Position numbers and translations under genes: made by a program
The notes under the pieces: model-generated
What the model was told of the DNA's origin: nothing
What the model saw: only the letters and a program-made list of their open reading frames with translations
Databases searched by the model: none
Part shown: one piece after another, positions 59,428 through 64,000 of the stretch
How the letters are laid out: each line of letters opens with the position of its first letter
Numbering within the stretch: the stretch's first letter is position 1
DNA from: Candidatus Latescibacterota bacterium
GTDB lineage: Bacteria; Latescibacterota; UBA2968; UBA8231
NCBI GenBank assembly: GCA_964291625.2
Contig: OZ220089.1
Coordinates: 192,001-256,000 of the forward strand
Direction: 5' to 3'
Length of the DNA: 64,000 bases

Positions 59428-60186
59428 TTACCGCAGCCCCGTGAAGAACGCGGCCCTCTCCAGGCCGCGGCCGGTCCGTACCTTGCCGTACTCCAGCTCC
59501 AGAATGCGGCCGCCGCTCTCGATGATCACCAGGCGGGGCAGGTACAGGTCGGTTCCGGGCAGCCGGCGGAAGCGCTGCAGGCGGCGCGACCACAGCACGC
59601 CGCCCCCCGGAGTGAGGACCTCCTCGCGCACCACGAAGCCGCGCTGCAGATCCACGGTCAGGCGGCGCGGCGGCAGGTCGGCGGTCTCCAGGGGGACGAT
59701 GGCGCGGCCGGCCGCCGGATGGTGGACCCGCGAGGTGTCCGGGTCTCCGGGCACGACCACCCCGAGCAGGAGCCACCGGGGATCGTAGCCTCCGAGGTCG
59801 ATCCCCAGGAAGTAGTCGAGACCGTCCTCGGCCGGAAGGACCATGGAGCGCCCCTCCACCACGGCAAGCAGGCTGTCGGCCTCGACCACGGCGGAGAGGA
59901 CGTGAACGAACAGGGGGCCCTGCACATCGAGGCGCATCAGGTCCGGGGGCCGGAAGAGGATGGAGGCGTCGAGGGCGTTCCGGCCCTGCTCGTGGGTCAG
60001 GCTGAGGCGGGCCTCGGCGGTCAGGTCCTCCAGGCCCTGCACCGCGGCGAAGTCCGCCCCCAAAGGGGTGGAGACATCGAGGGCGCCGCCGGTCCAGCCA
60101 TCGCGGGTCACGGGGGGCGGAGGACCGCAGGCACTGGTGACCGCCGCTGCGATCAGGGCGGCGACCGCGGCTCGACCGGCCCTCAA
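59428..60186 (-). CDS. DUF4292/LolB-like lipoprotein
   Basis: Lipobox TSAC; FRPPDLMRLDVQGP; beta-rich; coupled to a TPR gene. Confidence 0.6.
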   Translation of the reverse strand: MRAGRAAVAALIAAAVTSACGPPPPVTRDGWTGGALDVSTPLGADFAAVQGLEDLTAEARLSLTHEQGRNALDASILFRPPDLMRLDVQGPLFVHVLSAVVEADSLLAVVEGRSMVLPAEDGLDYFLGIDLGGYDPRWLLLGVVVPGDPDTSRVHHPAAGRAIVPLETADLPPRRLTVDLQRGFVVREEVLTPGGGVLWSRRLQRFRRLPGTDLYLPRLVIIESGGRILELEYGKVRTGRGLERAAFFTGLR

Positions 60187-62090
60187 GGCGACGGACGGGC
60201 CTCCAGCTTTTCCCGGACCTCCTCGTTCTCCGGCGTCAGGTCCAGGACCCGCCGCCAGTGGACCTCGGCCTCGTCGCGCTTCCCGAGGGCGTCGGCGATG
60301 TCCCCGGCGTGGTCGAGGATCACCGCCTGTTCCTCGGTGTCGTGGTCGTCCATCGCCTCCAGGGCCCGGGAGAGATAACGCTCCGCCTCCTCCAGCTCCC
60401 CGAGGCGGTAGTAGGCCCAGCCCAGGCTGTCGAAGAAGGCGCCGTTGTCGGGCTCGATGGCCACCGCCCGGGTGAGGAGCTGCACCGCCTCCTCCAGGTT
60501 GACGCCGCGGTCGGCGAAGCTGTAGCCCAGGTAGTTGAGGGCGTAAGCGTCGTCGGGCTGCAGGGCGAGGACCCGCCGGAAGCAGTCGACGGCGCGCTCG
60601 AAGTAGCCGTGGCCCGGGGACTCCCGGGCGGCCTCCTCCAGGATGCTGCCGAGGTAGAACAGGGCATGGGTCCCGTCGGCGTCCAGGTCGACGGCCCGGT
60701 TCATGCGCGCGATCGCCTCGTCCCAGCGGCCGAGATTCTGCAGGGCCACCCCCCAGTGCAGGTGGACCCTCATCAGGGTGGAGTCGGCCTCGACGGCCTC
60801 GCGGTAGCGCTCGATCGCCTCCGTCCAGAGTTGCTGCCGCCCCAGGACGACGCCCCAGCGGCCGTACAGCGGAGCCTCGGGGCCGCCGGCGGCGAGGCCC
60901 CGCCTGTAGACGCCGATCGCCTCGTCCCAGAGACGGCGGCCTTCGAGGTTGCCGCCCCAGGCGAGATACACGTCGAGCGATTCGGGCAGCCGCCCGGCCG
61001 CCTGCTCGTACACGGCGAGGGCCTCCTCCGGGCGGTCCTCCTCCTCGAGGGCCGCGCCCCAGAAGAGGTAGAGCTCGAGACTGTCGGGCATCGCTTCCAC
61101 GGCTTCCCGCAGGATCGCCTCCGCCCGTTCGGGGCGGCCCACGTGCAGGTAGTAGCGGGCCGGGTCGAGCCAGCCGTCCACCCGGGCGGGCCGGCCGCCG
61201 ACGATGCGCTCGAAGACGGCGGCGGCGAGGGGGTACTTCTCCATCTCGGACAAGGCGATGCCCAGGCGGTACAGGTAGGCGGCGTCCTCGGCTTCGAGGA
61301 TCGGCGTCAGCTGCTCCACCGTCTCCAGCAGGCGCGCGAGCTCGTACATGATCGACGAGCTGTCGGGGACGTGCCGCGCCCCCGCCTGGAGCGAGGTCAG
61401 CGCCGCCGGCCCGTCGCCGCGCGCCTCCTGGAGCTCGCCCAGTCCCAGCCAGGCGTCCTCCACCCCGGGGTCTGCGGCCAGGACCTGGCGGAAGACCGCC
61501 TCCGCGCGCTCGCGCCGGCCGCTGCGGGAGAGCACGTAGCCCACGTTGACGCGCACGTCGACGGGCGTCTCCTCCTGGTCCAGGAGGCGGTCGAAGAGGG
61601 GGTCGATGCGGGACTCGCGGCCGGTCTCCATGTAGATGCGCGCCAGGTACGAGTAGAGCTGCCAGTTGTGCGGGTCCCGGTCGATGAGCTCTTCGAGTTG
61701 CTCCCCCACCTCCCGCGGAGTGCCCACCGAGTCCAGCCAGCGCAGGAGCTGGTAGCGCAGGGCGGTGAGCTCCGGGTCGAGGGCCAGGGCCCTGCGGCCG
61801 AAGTGGACGGCCATGCGGTAGTCACGGATGCGGTCGTAGTTGCGCGCCAACTGGGTGAGAATCGTCGGCGACGAGGGATCGAGGTCGGCGGCCGAGCGCA
61901 GGGCCACGATGGCGCCCAGGGGGTTGCCCTGGGACTCGAAGACCTTGGCGGTGACGAAGTACTGCATCGCCTCGCGGCGGGCCTCCTCGGAGGGCTCGGT
62001 CCCGGGCGGCCGGCCCTGCATCACCCCGGCGCACGACCCGGTCAGAGCGAGAACGGCCAGAAGGCCGGCGCGGCGCAGAAGGAAAGCCAT
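60183..62090 (-). CDS. Tetratricopeptide-repeat lipoprotein
   Basis: Lipobox TGSC; many TPRs; ALNYLGYSFAD..AFFDSLGWAYY..ILDHAGD. Confidence 0.88.
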   Translation of the reverse strand: MAFLLRRAGLLAVLALTGSCAGVMQGRPPGTEPSEEARREAMQYFVTAKVFESQGNPLGAIVALRSAADLDPSSPTILTQLARNYDRIRDYRMAVHFGRRALALDPELTALRYQLLRWLDSVGTPREVGEQLEELIDRDPHNWQLYSYLARIYMETGRESRIDPLFDRLLDQEETPVDVRVNVGYVLSRSGRRERAEAVFRQVLAADPGVEDAWLGLGELQEARGDGPAALTSLQAGARHVPDSSSIMYELARLLETVEQLTPILEAEDAAYLYRLGIALSEMEKYPLAAAVFERIVGGRPARVDGWLDPARYYLHVGRPERAEAILREAVEAMPDSLELYLFWGAALEEEDRPEEALAVYEQAAGRLPESLDVYLAWGGNLEGRRLWDEAIGVYRRGLAAGGPEAPLYGRWGVVLGRQQLWTEAIERYREAVEADSTLMRVHLHWGVALQNLGRWDEAIARMNRAVDLDADGTHALFYLGSILEEAARESPGHGYFERAVDCFRRVLALQPDDAYALNYLGYSFADRGVNLEEAVQLLTRAVAIEPDNGAFFDSLGWAYYRLGELEEAERYLSRALEAMDDHDTEEQAVILDHAGDIADALGKRDEAEVHWRRVLDLTPENEEVREKLEARPSP

Positions 62091-62947
62091 CAGGCGGCCT
62101 CCGGAAACGCGGGTCGGCGCGGATCGAGGGCGTCGCGCAGACCGTCGCCCACGAGGTTGAGGGCGAGGGCCACGGCGAAGATCGCCAGGCCGGGGAAGGC
62201 CATCACCCACGGTGCCTTGAGGAGCAGCTCGCGGCCGCTGTTGAGCATCGCTCCCCACTCCGGCGTCGGTGGCTGGGCGCCGAGGCCGAGAAAGCTGAGG
62301 CCCGCCGCGTCGAGGATCGCCGTGGCCAGGCTCAGGGAGGTCTGCACGATCAGCGGGGCCATGCAGTTGGGCAGCAGGCTGAAGGCGACGATGCGCAGGT
62401 GACCGGCGCCGAGGGCGCGCGCCGCCTCGACGTAGGCCAGCTCGCGAAGGGAGAGGACCTGGGCCCGCACCAGGCGGGCGAACTGGGGGATGAGGACGAT
62501 GCTCACGGCGACCATGACGTTGTCGATGCCGGGGCCGATGACGGCGACGATGGCGATGGCCAGCAGGATCGACGGGAAGGCGAGCATCATGTCCACGAGG
62601 CGCATGATCAGCGTGTCGGTGAGGCCGCCGCGGTACCCGGCCGCCAGGCCGAGGGCGGTGCCCAGAGTGAGGGAGATTCCGATGCAGATACCGCCGATGC
62701 GCAGGGAGATGCGGGAGCCGTGGATGACGCGGCTGAGGATGTCGCGGCCGAACTCGTCGGTGCCCATGGGATGTTCCCACGACGGCGGCCGCAGGCGCTG
62801 GTAGAGGTCCTGCGCCAGCGGGTCGAAGGGCGCCAGCAGGGGCGCCAGGACGGCCACCACCACCAGGCCCGCGAGGACGCCGATACCGGCCAGCGGCAGG
62901 GGCCTCGACCGCAGATGGTTCGCGGCCCCGGTCAGGACGTCGATGAT
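62090..62947 (-). CDS. dppC: Dipeptide ABC transporter permease (start uncertain; ATC at 62947 proposed)
   Basis: HPMGTDEFGRDILSR, LAFPSILLA, YVEAARALGA, LSFLGLGAQPPTPEWGAML, GDGLRDALDP. Confidence 0.9.
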   Translation of the reverse strand: MIDVLTGAANHLRSRPLPLAGIGVLAGLVVVAVLAPLLAPFDPLAQDLYQRLRPPSWEHPMGTDEFGRDILSRVIHGSRISLRIGGICIGISLTLGTALGLAAGYRGGLTDTLIMRLVDMMLAFPSILLAIAIVAVIGPGIDNVMVAVSIVLIPQFARLVRAQVLSLRELAYVEAARALGAGHLRIVAFSLLPNCMAPLIVQTSLSLATAILDAAGLSFLGLGAQPPTPEWGAMLNSGRELLLKAPWVMAFPGLAIFAVALALNLVGDGLRDALDPRRPAFPEAA

Positions 62948-63020
62948 GGCTCGATCCGCCTTTCTCGTTGCGGGAAGCCCGGCCCCGGATCGGAGCCGTT
63001 GGAATATAAGCAGGCTCCGC

Positions 63021-64000
63021 TCAGGCCGGCGGCACCAGGATCAGGGCGGCCAGGGGGGGCAGGGCGAGGACCGCCGACCAGCGGCGCCCGTGGCAGGGCA
63101 CCTCGCCGGACTCCACGATGCCGAGGTTTCCCGCCCCCGAGCCGCCGTAGTCGAGGGCGTCGGTGTTGAGCCGTTCCCGCCAGCGCCCGGGGCAGGGCAG
63201 CCCCAGGCGGAAGCCGCGTCGCGGCTCCGGCGTGAAGTTGCAGACCGCCACCAGGACCCCGCCCTCCGGCGCGCGCCGTTCGAAGGCGATGACGGCGTTG
63301 CCGCTGCCGCCTCCCTCGATCCACTCGAACCCGGCCTCGTCGCAGTCGCTGGCGTGCAGCCCCGGATGGCTCCGGTAGAGGCCGTTGAGATCGCGCACCA
63401 GGTCCTGCACCCCCCGGTGCCAGCCGTGCTCCAAGCTCGACCACTCCAGGGCCTGGAGATGGTCCCACTCCGGCCGCTGGCCGAACTCCCCTCCCATGAA
63501 CAGCAGCTTCTTGCCGGGGAAGGCGAACATCCAGGCGAGGAGCAGCCGCAGGTTGGCGAACCGCTGCCAGTCGTCCCCCGGCATCTTCTCCAGCAGCGAC
63601 CGCTTCCCGTGGACGACCTCGTCGTGGCTCAGGGGCAGGAGGAAGCTCTCCGCGTGGGCGTACTCGGCGGCGAAGGTGAGGTCCGAAGGGTGCGACCGCC
63701 GGTCCCCGGGATCCCGGCTCATGTAGCGCAGCGCGTCGTTCATCCAGCCCATGTTCCACTTGAAGCCGAAACCGAGCCCCCCCGCCGCCGCCGGAAGGGT
63801 CACCCCGGGCCAGGCCGTCGACTCCTCGGCGAGCATCAGCGCCCCGGGATGGTGCTCGTGGACCAGCCGGTTGGTCTCCTGCAGGAACTCGATGGCCTCC
63901 AGGTTCTCCCGTCCCCCGCGGCGGTTCGGCGTCCACTCCCCTTCCTTGCGGGAGTAGTCCAGGTAGAGCATGGAAGAGACCGCGTCGACCCGCAGCCCGT
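63021..64000 (-). CDS. glgB: 1,4-alpha-glucan branching enzyme (C-terminal part; gene runs off window)
   Basis: [52 protein letters not shown]. Confidence 0.97.
   Translation of the reverse strand, partial: GLRVDAVSSMLYLDYSRKEGEWTPNRRGGRENLEAIEFLQETNRLVHEHHPGALMLAEESTAWPGVTLPAAAGGLGFGFKWNMGWMNDALRYMSRDPGDRRSHPSDLTFAAEYAHAESFLLPLSHDEVVHGKRSLLEKMPGDDWQRFANLRLLLAWMFAFPGKKLLFMGGEFGQRPEWDHLQALEWSSLEHGWHRGVQDLVRDLNGLYRSHPGLHASDCDEAGFEWIEGGGSGNAVIAFERRAPEGGVLVAVCNFTPEPRRGFRLGLPCPGRWRERLNTDALDYGGSGAGNLGIVESGEVPCHGRRWSAVLALPPLAALILVPPA

Overview
High-GC bacterial chromosomal window, densely coding, with no phage, IS or CRISPR signal. The gene repertoire (Gfo/Idh/MocA, DUF1080, PhyH-type dioxygenase, FG-GAP/ASPIC, TPR-DUF4292) resembles FCB-related lineages such as Latescibacterota/Gemmatimonadota; this is inference only. 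Order: a minus-strand housekeeping operon ndk-yceD-rpmF-fabH-fabD-fabG-acpP-fabF-rnc-lipoate ligase-dppD-dppF-(ppiD-like), with no plsX. Then HD dNTPase-rlmI-like-uvrC-xerD-like, a catabolic patch, metG and a divergent uvrA. Then an ~10 kb putative lipid head-group synthesis and trans-envelope export locus: two divergent nucleotidyltransferases, a CDP-alcohol phosphotransferase, a flippase-like protein, TolC, an MlaC-DUF3047 fusion, MlaC and an MMPL/RND transporter. This locus is the best candidate for an undescribed system. Then tRNA-Gly(GCC), a TPR/FG-GAP/ASPIC lipoprotein, PBP1A, a ytfIJ-like pair, rlmN, an M23 peptidase, larC, dppAB, catabolic genes, TPR/DUF4292, dppC and partial glgB. Three apparent frameshifts (lipoate ligase, FAD oxidoreductase, rlmN) may be assembly errors. 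All product calls come from motif recognition by eye; no database searches were run.
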